In this document: piece after piece, positions 9,985-21,209 of the stretch
Position numbering within the stretch: position 1 is the first letter of the stretch
How the letters are laid out: each line of letters opens with the position of its first letter
DNA from: Raillietiella orientalis
Taxonomy: Eukaryota
Direction of reading: 5' to 3'
Length of the DNA stretch: 64,000 nt
NCBI GenBank assembly: GCA_036172245.1
Contig: JAYWIR010000059.1
Span: 186,001 to 250,000, forward strand
Notes under the pieces: model-generated
What the model was told of the DNA's origin: nothing
Database searches by the model: none
Seen by the model: only the letters and a program-made list of their open reading frames with translations
Translations under genes and position numbers: made by a program

Positions 9985-11133
9985 CATGGTGGCTTTATGG
10001 TTCATAGTGGCTTCATGTATCCGGTCCTCCAGGGACATCTATTTAGTCCACGTCACATGAGAAACCGAATGTCAGATACAGCCGGAGAACTTAAGCGGAC
10101 TTAGGACAGGAAACTGAGGAAACAACAGGCTGAGGGGCGACGAGCGACCCAGATGGACAGATGAGGAATCCCAGAAGAATGTCAAGAGCCTCTCTCTGTA
10201 ACGCGATACAAAATGTAAATTTTAAGCAATGAAACAAATTCTTCCAGGGTAGAACAGGCAGCCTCTCATCTGCTTGAATCCAGTGCGTTTTCTAGAATGG
10301 GGCCGAAACAGTGCGTTTTCTGATTTGCAAGAACATCAGACACACTTTTCTAAAAAATCCAGTCATGCAGTCAGCTGGTGTTGCGCCCAATTCCATGACC
10401 TGAATTCCGTCTTCCAGGAGGAAAGGGATTAACGGCGGTGCCCTTTGTTTTCTTGTTCCAAGCGGCGTTTACTTACGCAGCTACTCAGGTCCAAGGCCTC
10501 GAGTCAGTAGTGAAACCATTCGTGAGTGGGACATTTGGGGCTTCCAGATGTTCCACTGTTCATCCTGAGCACTTTCTTATGCCTCTCGTGCAGAGACGCT
10601 GCGTCTTCTCTGAGAGGCATTCTTTCTTTGACTGGTGAGACTAAAGAAACACTGCTCACGGTTGTGCTCGGAAAATCGTGCTGTGCCCCCCATCTGGGAT
10701 GTCGCATCGCTTGAAAAATTTTCAGGTGAAGAATCTTCAACCCGTTAAATTTGGAAAGAACAGTGATCTGGAAAACCAAACGACTTCAAGCCTCCTTATC
10801 TTTACTTTCCGATGCATCGATGATTTCTCACTGATCCTCACACTGCATGCGCTCATCAGTGTACAGGGGAAATTCTTTTCCAACAGGTACAAATCCTGAA
10901 TCATAGGGATATTTTTTTTTCCATGGAAATATTTGTTGATCACACACATCTGTTCGCCAAGGCAGTGATTTTTCATCACCAAGTGGACGCCTTCGCTTCG
11001 TTCTGAATCAGTAAAGTGTCACCAGGACTCGTAGGTGGTGCATGGAAAGTTTTATTGCCCAATCAGGTGTGGTTTCTAGGTAACGAGGAGAACACGAGAG
11101 CGCAAACTGCCCGGGAAGGACGCATACTACGAG

Positions 11134-11173
11134 AATTCTAGGGAAGTGACGTTCTCGTCACTTCCCTAGAATT
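11134..11173. repeat. Perfect 18-bp inverted repeat, 4-nt loop
   Basis: AATTCTAGGGAAGTGACG-TTCT-CGTCACTTCCCTAGAATT. Confidence 0.95.
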
Positions 11174-13878
11174 TTTCCCCTAATCCGATGGAGTCTTTGG
11201 GTGGCAGGTAAAAGGTCCATTATTGAGACTGTTTTTGGTTACCTAAAAAATAGACTAGAAATTGAACACACTTGTTATAATTTCAGGGTACGTTACTTCT
11301 GGCACTCTTGTGGGTTTTTTGCCTTCGGGTAGTAGCCGTAAGGTGAGAGAGATTGAAATAGCAAAAAGCCTACTTAAAGCTAGTGAGTAAAAGATACATA
11401 GACAGCAAGAAAAAGAACAGAGTTGACTTTATATTGAGAAATCATGGAATCAGTACGCTATCTGAGACATTTAGGCAGCGATGATGGGATCAGCTTTCGT
11501 ATCGAGCTTCCTGGCTGGGCTTCCTCCAGCTTGTGATTTCTGGCCTGGAGGCTTTGTTATCTGAATGCATCGATTCGATTACTGGATGATCACAAGAGAG
11601 ACAGGGACATACGTGAGCGAATATGGCCATCGTGGGCTGCAGAGGCGTTAGGACTTGCAGTTTGTCGGAACGAGGAGATCTGCTGAATTTTCCCTTCGTA
11701 GATTTCAAAAGGTAGGCTATCGTGCCGGGAAAGATGTGCTGATCTGTCTGGGGAGGGGCACTTCGTTGCTTTGGGATCCTGGCTAAATTGAATATGGATT
11801 TTACATAACTTCTGCATGTGTTTCTGACACATTGACGATTCTCCACGACTGAACTGTCACGGACAAAACTGCCATTCAGGGAGAAATGCAAGATGACTCC
11901 CTATGAATGCTCGTCCGTCGAGGTTACTCAAGAATTCCCCGTTTGAGCTACACGATAAATGAAGAGACGCTTAGATGAACTTAGATGAATCACTTAAAAA
12001 GTGAAAAGCCAACTCTGGATCCCTGGTATACTCTCTCTCTTAGCGCCTCCCTGTCTGATTCTGCAGTCCTGGAGAACTTTCAAAATGTACAGCCGTCCCA
12101 CGAGAACCATCCGAGTGAAGTGTCAGTGGGATCAGATGAATGCAAGATCTTTTCGAATGAAATCCAGAAACCAGATAACCAAAAAAATGCTGCAATGAAT
12201 GGTTCAGAGTGCACTTTTGATTAAGAGAACAAGGACACGATCCATAGAGCGAGGAGGGTGAGTCCTTCACGGTTTCCAACATCAGAACCACACGACGAAA
12301 ACTTTGCCGGAGTCTGTCATGCTCAAAAAGAAATTTTCTCACCGCTTGATTGATATAATTCATTGTAGGACGCCCAAAGTGTGTGGAGAAGAGGTTCGCT
12401 ACTTTATCTGCGGTGGAGTTTCGAGATTCCTTGGTAAGGACGAAATCCTCGTTTCAACTTCAAGCCAAAAAACTGAATACTTGAGAAATACTCACTCAAG
12501 AAGATGCTGTTGCCTGCACCCTGCAGGCGACGTGCGAAAGATAAGGCGGAAGATATAAAACTGATACTGACGGAATCGGAGTAATTATTTCAATGCGTTC
12601 AAATCAGCTGATTCCCAGAGACCAGCCAGCAGACGGAGTGTCTGCTGTAACTCTGAAGACCCAGCAATCTTTCGTGCTACCGATCGATAGCCGAAGTGGT
12701 GGTAAACGAACTCTCAGAAAAGCAGGAGAAAACTGTGAAGATGTGAAAACCTCTTAGAAAGAGCATCTTTTCCAAAGTTTCGAAAATGGTTCTGTTAGTT
12801 TTGGCTTGCATGGTTTGAGGGAGAATGTTCTGTCGATCAACGCTGCGCTGGAGGAGTCAGCAGCCAATGCAGACCAAGAACAGCCACACGGGGTCGCGCT
12901 CATCCCATATCCTGCTCCATTCTTTCACGAAGATGAGCAAGGAGCTTCCTCAAATATCCGAACGCACTCCCATTTGCAAAAAAAAAAAAAAAAGATGTCA
13001 GGCGCCATCAATTAAAAGCCTTGTTTCACTCTTCCTCTTCTCTAAAATTCAAATGCAACTTCTTAGTGAAGGTTGCGTTGCAATGGTTTACATATTCGCC
13101 ATGAAAGAGCGTTCAATGCTCTCTGAGATACTCATAAGGCCCACTGGAATCGCACTTGAAACCACTTCACTTAGGTAGCCTCAACTGCTCTTGCAAAGTT
13201 TTCTTCTGAATGGAGTTTGGATTTGGATTGCCAATCCTTCAAGCTTCGGCTGAAAAATGAAACCTTGCTTGCTTTTCCTCCTCCTTCCTCTCTATGTCCG
13301 GCGACTTTCCATCAGCCAGGAAAGTGGAAATGCCAGTATTCTGCCCACCAGACGCTATCGTGCTAAAGAAAGATTCTCTCAAAGGGCTCCCAGGAGCGCT
13401 ACTGCGTTTCATAATGCAGTGGCCAAAGTTCCAAGAATTCTCCCGCCATCTCAGTTGAGATGTCCGAGGGGCACCATACAAAAACAATGAAAGACACGAC
13501 CGACTGTTTTTTTTTTTTTTTCAAACAGGGTGTGCTTTTTTGGAGAGAAGTGACAAAAATATTCACAGTTTCGTTTCCGATCCTAATATTTCATTCTTCA
13601 CGATCGAGTCTTCCGATTCATCCATAGGCAAAGTCGCCCAGCAGTGCAAGCCTAAGGCGACTTGAGCCGCAAACCAACGAATTTCATTCCCCAGGTGCAT
13701 GCATTTCCGGAGAAAATCGGAAAACCCTTTCGTATTGCAGGATCCAGATTTCCTGAGGGAAGGAACGATGCTCGTGGAACGAAAAACGAAGAAACACAAC
13801 CTTGAAGAGCATCGATACAGATGGTACTGCTTTCTCATGAACATTATCCATTTAGCGAAAAGAATGCATCCTCAGAGA

Positions 13879-13938
13879 CATGCGAGGAGCCAAATGAGTG
13901 CCATACTCGGCGGCATGCGAGGAGCCAAATGAGTGCCA
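13879..13938 (+). repeat. Tandem duplication, 35-bp period
   Basis: CATGCGAGGAGCCAAATGAGTGCCA occurs twice, separated by TACTCGGCGG. Confidence 0.9.
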
Positions 13939-16400
13939 ACGGGGGTGCGATCTCAATCGTGTGTCGATCTGAGCAGCATTGGGAAGATTTCAGCTTCTTT
14001 CCCTGTCGTCCTACAGCCCCCCACCACCATTGTGGATCGGGTTCACTTTTTTGTGAAACGAATGTATTGAAGGGCCAAGGAACTCGCCAATCGACACGTG
14101 AGGGCGTGCAAAACCATCAACTCGGAGTTACTTTGATCGAGACGGAAACCAGAGAGCGGCATTTCTCCCCGACCTTCCTTCCTCAAGGACACGAGACTCC
14201 TGAACTCACTTTCAAGAATTCTCGAGCTCTTAGATAAAAAAGGCAAAATGAAAAGCTTACGCGGAGCTTTCCGGTCGACTTGGCCTCGGCACGGATCGAT
14301 GCGCTCTTTGGTTGCAGTCACATGCTCACGCCGAACGCAAATCTTGTCTGGGACATCGTACAGATTAGGAGGAAGGCCGCTGTTTAGTACTTTGGGGATA
14401 AAGAGCTCGCGGCTCCTAAACGTTCCGCGGGAAGCGTGCCGGACGGGTCGGTTGAGATTTGCCACCTCGTCTCTCCAGTAATATCCTGTGCAGCGATGGG
14501 TACGCAAGAATCCAACGGGCCAAAAATACCTGGTCCCGGAGTGCGATGAATCTCTGTGGGAATAAATTTAAATCTTTCTTCCCTAAGGAAACGTCCTTTC
14601 CCGCTATCACCACAGCAAGAAGCCTGATCGACGTGGTAAAATCCTGGACCTCGCTTTTGCTCCTGAGTACAAAATTAACGTAATGCTGTAAGAGACACAG
14701 AAAAGAAGGGAGTTGGGGGAAGTAATAGGAATTTTCCAAATGATAAGCCTCATTTATTTGGTCTCTTGGCACTGTCGCCAATGCTGCCAAGTGGCAGGTT
14801 TTCACGAAACAGGATGAAAGAGGAAGAAAGCTCGACTTTCGAATCAGAAGGTAATCAGAGCACAAGAGAATTTGAATCACAGCAAAGTTTCCCCTTTCCG
14901 ATCAACAGCTCTCACCTTTCCACGCACGTTCACGTTTTCATTCTCAAGCAAAGTGAAAAACTTTCAGCATCAAGGGTCCTCATCAAGTGACGCAAAGTAG
15001 GCAGGCAGGTTCCGCATGGTGTCTTTGGAGACACCGGAATACCACAATATCATTCACGAGATACTGAGGATCCAGGTTCCCGTGATGTTCCTTGATTTCT
15101 AATCAGCATCCTGGTATTAAACTGTACCGCAAATGCACAGTACCTCATTCTATTTGTTTTTCTTTCTTTTTTTATTGTGAATATATGTAGCTCATAAGAT
15201 GATTAACGGAAGACTGATTTTCGGATTCACAGGACACGGAAGATTGGGTTTTATATAATATTTTCAGGAAAATAATAGGAAAAATTCGATTCTGGATAAA
15301 GAGAACCCCTAAGTAGATGCGGCGAATTTTCGTTTTCAAGGCGATGTACTTTCATCAAGATGCTTCATTGAAAACGCTAGGCGGTTCAACAGGAAAGCTC
15401 AGACTCCCTAGTAACTCCCTTGCCTAGCACAATCAATAGAGGTCAAAACCTAGAAAGTTTTCGTTCTTTGATGTCATGTGAATATGTCCTTTGCGAGAAG
15501 AACGTGTTCATGTAAGAAGTAAGAACGAAAACTGTAGGACGAACTCGTTATGGGTGTACTGCTCCATAACTTCATTTCTACCTAGTTAAAATAACCATTG
15601 CATGGCTTTCTACCTGGATAGATCATGGATGCACGCACCATCCTTTCCAAATTACTGATACGCTCAAATACCAAGACAAAAAATATCTTCTAATGATGTG
15701 ATTGGACTAGCCAAAAAGTTGGGCTTTGTTTCACTGACATAAAACAGAGATCAAACGCTTAATTGAGGGAAAAGAACTTTTAGAGATAAGTTTGATTTTT
15801 GAGAAAAGTTCATGGCTCACAAATAGCCACAGACAAAAAAGCATGTCCTATGAAAGGAAGTTTGTTTTCCAGAATTCAAGTCTGGCTGCACTCAAATGGC
15901 CAGAATTTTTTTAAACACTGTTCATTCTAAAGAAAACCATAGTGACCCAAAATGTATAGATCAAATAATGAATTTCTCATCTAAAGAAAATCACAGTGGA
16001 TTCACAGTGGATAACAGATGGAATCATGATGAAATCAGAGCAACCAAGAGAGAGGTTACATAAAGTAAATGCAATATTTTTAAAAGGATGAACACGTAAG
16101 ATTATCAACTACACAAAGAACAACCAGAGTGCAGGCAAGAAAGGCACGAAATAAGCGTCATAAAAAAGACAGAGGTTTGTGAGGCCTGAATCATCAACGC
16201 TTCCGAAGAGGTAAGAAGCTTTGCAAGCATCCGCATCACGAAAGAACCGAGGGAAGCACAGCATCAGCAGTAGTGCTAGCTCAGTGACCTGAGGAATATT
16301 AAGAGAGACGGTCATTTGGACTAGTTTCGGGGGATCGTTATGAACCTTTAGCATGACTCGATATTACCCACTTGAGATTGTAGAAAGGTAGAGAAAAATG
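13900..16400 (-). mobile_element. Decayed Penelope-like element (RT + GIY-YIG remnant), interrupted at ~15130-16100
   Basis: Motifs occur in the expected order. LKVHNDPPKLVQMTVS...ELA (16354-16270) resembles PKIHK..PLRPIVS. QHYVNFVLRSKSEVQDF resembles the RYVDD region. THRCTGYYW...ELFIPKVLNSGLPP resembles the thumb (..L..NGYP). Then ILPFLSKSSRIL, and AVGRQGKKLK (~14000) resembling YVGQTG..L..R. Confidence 0.6.
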
Positions 16401-16999
16401 AAATACCAGAAGCTGAATACCTGATATGGAACAAACCACAAGGAATTTTGAGTAATGTCAAGGGGCAAATTTATAAAAGCATATAAATCAGAGAGGGAAC
16501 CCCGCATTGCTCACGGAAGATAACGAACAAGTATTAGAGAGTACAAGAAAACACAGGTGTCGAGAAATCTTGGATCTATTATGGTGCTACTCAGTCGGAC
16601 GACTAGTTTTCTACTTTCACCGAAAATGAACTCCGAGGAAAGATTCATCTAACGATTCTTCTGTGGAGAAAACCCCAGACGCGCCGATCATTCAAGAATT
16701 CACTCACGTTGGCAATGATCAGAAAGTAAAAGCTATTAGTTTTCGATCCGAGGTCTCAATCAAAATCAAGCTCGCTGTCGTATTCATTCACAGGAAATAC
16801 TCGTAGAAGAGTTTTGATGTGCACTCTTGTCATTTCCATTTGTGTTTCTCAAGAGACTCAAGACTTTTCGAATGGATTTCTGCAGTTTCACAAAGCGAAA
16901 GCAGCTAGTGTTATAAAAAAAAACCTTTTGAAGACCTCCAGACCTTTTTCCACCCACACACTTTTTTTTCTACAAGCCGTTCCCAATTTGGAAACCTTG

Positions 17000-18400
17000 C
17001 GAATTAGTAAAATACTTTGGGGAGGCGAGATGATGAAATGTGTTTCGTTAAAAAACCTTTGTAAGAATACGGTTACTTTTAAAACTTGTTTCTGGAAATA
17101 TAATAAAGATTTGAGATGCTTTTATGTATGGACAACTCAATGCATTTCTTCCGCTTGCTTCATGATGGCGCTCAATTAACCGAATGTTGTTTTAAAATAA
17201 TATTGAAATACGGAAGATGTAAAAAAAGCCTGCTTCTATTAGGAAAAAAAAAGGACTTGAATGGATTTACTCATAATTTTTGTTTTTATATACTTCTAGT
17301 AAAACAACCAGAAGTTTTCATCGCAAGTTTTCCATTGTGTTTCTTATCATATTCAAAAACCAAACTGACACATAAAAGCATTAAATAATGTTCAGTAAGC
17401 GAAATATAAGTTACTATTATTTTTCAATTTATGCATAATTATAGTTATGCAGTCAACGCTTTTTTTACTTACTGTCAAACAGCGTTCTAGCATTACACTA
17501 CGTATTTTCCTTGTTGGAAACTTTTTGTAATACTCAAGAATGGCATTCATTTCCGTGAGATTCATTCTTTCAAAATATTTTGCAGCACAAGTTGTTAAAC
17601 TAGGAACTCGGGATGATTTAAGTAGACGCAATCCAGCTCACTAAAAGTCCCAGTTCGCACGATTCTGTAAGGAAATTCGAAAATCACAGTGGTAATTCTG
17701 GGACATGCAGTTGTTTATTGCGCAACAATCACGAGAGCATATTCGCCATGCAATACATGACTACCGTTTTGTTCCAAGTATCCGCACGCGGGATGGAACA
17801 CGTTGCAAGAGCATGATGAACTAGGATCCCCACCGAGCACTCAAAGGGTCTTCCAAAGTGTAGCAAAAAATCGCCGTCTGTCGAAGGCGAATCTTCGCAC
17901 AGATGCAAAGGAAATATTGGGTCGCCTCGGAATCCAAGTTCTTCAACCCGTGGAAAGCAATAAACATTTTCATTTCCCATACGTTTGGCACATGTTAAAT
18001 AAACACTATTATGCAAAAAATGTCAGGGAACTTGATAATGTTCTCAGAACTATAACTAGAATGCTCATTTTTAGTGGAGGAGTTGCGTCTTTGCCCCAGA
18101 GATCAACCTGGAAATCCTTCAAAGGATTCGGAGAGCATCACGGGATGCTCAAAGAAATCTGCAGAGGCAGCACGTTTGCTTCCACAGTGAATCTTTGAGA
18201 GGCATGGCATGTAGTGTGAAAATCCAAGCAGATCTTATTCAATTCAGCTTGTGTACGACATTGCCAATGATGGCTGAAATGAAGTTTTGTATTGCAAACA
18301 GTCAGAATTTCTAACGCCTTTGTTGCCAGCGGATGCTTCTCTAATCTTTTCTGAGATGTTGCTGCTTTCGAGTGTCGGAAATGAAACTTCTTCACAGTGA
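17000..18400 (-). mobile_element. Heavily decayed LINE RT (jockey/I/CR1-like)
   Basis: EELG...EDSPSTDG (cf. SPGPDG), SIPRADTWNKTVV (cf. P..WK.A.V) and SSRVPSLTTCAAKYFERM (cf. YRPISLTSC..K..ER), in correct order. Boundaries approximate. Confidence 0.6.
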
Positions 18401-19614
18401 TCTGAAATCACCCCAAAACTTCACTGGGTTGTGTACTATTCAGAATTTTTTTCGCATCATTCAGTTCTAGTTGTACGAACATCAGGCGCTCCTGTGGTAC
18501 AGTTCCCCACTGGTCTCACACCCACTCTTGAAGCATCCGTGATCACATCCTGCCTCTCTCGGATTACCAATGTGCACCATCAACATGATGAATACCTTGA
18601 AAATTTCCGGTTTACTTAAATATTGTTTATCACGTATAATTTATGTTCATTTACAAAAAATATTGACACTGATTTGGAAGCATTTTTTCTTTTGTTTTTT
18701 TCCATCCCAATTCTATTTCTTCCTTTACAATAAGGCATATTGAGTGAAATGAGTTGCAAACATGTGGATTCCCAGTAAAAATGGAGACAAGAAGAAAATA
18801 GCTTCACCTTCAGTTGCAAACATTGTTTTGTTTTGTTTTTCCTTCCATGGAATACGTTTTTCTTGATTGCTTGCCAGTCAGCTCTGGATATCAGCATCGT
18901 TCTCTTTCTAGCTTGCGTCGTAAACAGGTGCCCAAGATAAAACCGTTGGAGCATCCATAAGTATGTTTTGTTACATATCTTTCGTGGAGACCTGCTTGCC
19001 CTTGTTGCTGGCAATTGCATTAAGAACTCTTCATTCATCAAAAAATATCGCATCTGGTTGATACGGTGATTCGGAAGCTTGATTTTCTTGTACGGGGTAT
19101 TCTTGATTGCATATCCTCAAGAGCATTAGCAGATCCATAATGCTTATCCGAAACGCCAACACCGAATCCTTTATTAGCCAAGGGCTAGTTCCGTATTCGA
19201 TCTCAGGGAACCTTTAGAGATAGTATTTTCGGGAAGCTTTTTGGGCTGACCTTCAGATAATATAGCCCAATATATATGATTCTTACCTTCCTTTCATCCC
19301 GCTGACAATGTTATCTTCGATACTACGTTTTTGTCAGTATTCGGTACCCATCGCGTCTTGATTTTTGCACTCGGGCAAGTGAATCTCCGGCATCCTTTAT
19401 CAGAAAGCATGTTTCTCATCTTGCTGAGGTTCTGCAGAGCTCCCGCAGAAGAAGTTGCCTATCTGAGTTACGTTGAAAGCTGCTCCTGTTCCTATCTTGT
19501 CTCTTCTCGTTCGAACTGATACATTCAAAGTCATAATGGGTGACCCATACTAACGAATAGTGTCCATAAGGCACTTTTTTCAGGGAAGGAAAACTGAAAT
19601 CTTGGAATTTGGGG

Positions 19615-21209
19615 AGATTCCTCCAGTCCTTTTTTTTTCTTTTGTGGTTCTCCAAGTGCTGAAGAACCGCTCGTCTCCTTAGGGGAGACCCACGAAGCTC
19701 TTCAACGTCGTCCACGCCACCCGGGGTGCGTGTCAACTCTTCAAGTTAGGTTCATCACACGGTCACGCCGGGTCCTTTATTATAAAAAATAAACATATGT
19801 GTAGGGCCATCGGCCCTACATTGTCCGAAAATGTTCGGAACCTGCCGAATAACACCACTCACACAGGCTGGCGACGTTCGCCTCGGCAGAGGAGGGGGAA
19901 AGAGCAAACAAAAATAAAAATAAAATAAAAATCAATAAAAAAGACTCTGGAGGGCACGGGAAGGAATCACTGTCCACTGGAGGGCGTCCCTCTCGCGCCG
20001 TCCTCCTCTCGCTTAGCTCCAGGCTGCCACAATCCCGCGTAGGCAGCAAGGAGCTGCTGGGGATGCGGCAGACGAAAGGGCATCGAGCACGAAGAGGCGC
20101 TTCGTCACCTCCCTGGGATTGCCCGTCGGTGCACCAAGGGCTGTTTCGTAACGCGACCACAAGGGTCGGAGGGCAACACAGTCTACAAGTAGGTGCGGGA
20201 GTTGGCATTCCCGTTCCCCGCACCTGCAACAGTTGGGGACCACTGCCCCCCGGATCCAGTGAGACCGGCGGGCGTTGCTGGGGAGGTCCCAGTGCAGCAG
20301 CAGAAGTGCCGACTTCTGCCACTTCAGGGGGAAGACCCGGTTGTTCTTCAGAGCAGGGGATCACTCGAGGTCTTCCTGTGTGATTCCCCACAGCAGCTCA
20401 GCAGATCCTCAGCAGAAAGATTCATTCGTTCCATAATGGAAATTCTTCTTTTCTGTCTTCGCAGCTATTTGACACGGTCCCACGCCACCCGAGGGTGCGT
20501 GTAACTCGTCAAGATGGGAATGCCCCGGGAGGAGACCTCCCTATGATACCAGGAAAGGGCTCGGAGTCCGTTCCTCTCACGCCTGGGGAGGGATCCCCGG
20601 AATGGGATCATCTCCACCCTGGTCATCTAAGAAGGGAATCTCCTTCCTTATTCTCTCCGGAGGGACCCCCAGAGGGGTTCTCTCCATTTTTCTTTTCCAA
20701 AGGAAACCAGAAAAGATACGCTAGGAGGAATTTCTTCTCCGGAGGGATCATCCGCAAGGGAACCTCTTCTGGTTTTCTCCTCTGAAGAGAACCCCGAAGG
20801 GATGCTTCCCAATTTTCTCTGAAGGGGCGCTCCCCGAAGGGAGCTGCACATCTCGTCACGCTCTGGAGGGGTATCAATCCACCAGCTCCATGATACGAGA
20901 TGGAGGTCATACCCCCGAGGAAGGAAGGGGGGGGAGTAACGGATCCATTCGTACAACCAGAGGGCTCCTTGATTCCTGAAAGGACCCCGGAGGGTCAACT
21001 TGCAATCCTGGTCACTCAGCGGGAGCATCCCGCTTCCACCAGTGCTGCGCCCGAAGCTCGTAGGCCAACCATAGTCACCCTGCTAGTGAGACTCGAAACC
21101 CACGACGCACCCACGTTCTCGGCGGCAATCCTCCTCTTGGGGATTCGAACCCGCGACGCTTTGGTACCACGCGCGGTGATCCACCATTGACGATTGCCAT
21201 GCGGCTCCC
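19615..21209 (-). mobile_element. tRNA-headed SINE-like repeat, copy 1 (interrupted by a Tx1-like insertion at ~19750-20470)
   Basis: Head reads GGGAGCCGCATGGC...AATGG...GTCGCGGGTTCGAATCCC (B-box at 21140-21152). Colinear homology to 45160-45920 over the whole body and again beyond the insertion (19615-19745). Confidence 0.75.
19750..20470 (-). mobile_element. 5'-truncated Tx1-like copy (zinc knuckle, 3' UTR, terminal hairpin)
   Basis: FPLKWQKSALLLLHWDLPSNARRSHW...NCCRCGERECQLPHLLVDCVALRPLWSR, close to ORF 8478-9719. AATAAA at 19776-19781. Confidence 0.88.

Noticed and set aside
13560..13640. Hammerhead at the 3' end of the minus-strand Penelope-like relic (GTGAAGA...GGAAAC)
   Set aside because: Core mutated and no stem II; too weak to call.
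19750..21209. SINE whose 3' tail is derived from the Tx1 element
   Set aside because: The second copy lacks the Tx1 part, and SINE homology resumes beyond it (19745-19615).
21135..21209. Functional tRNA gene
   Set aside because: Only a T-arm/B-box is clear; there is no convincing acceptor or anticodon stem, and it heads a longer dispersed repeat.
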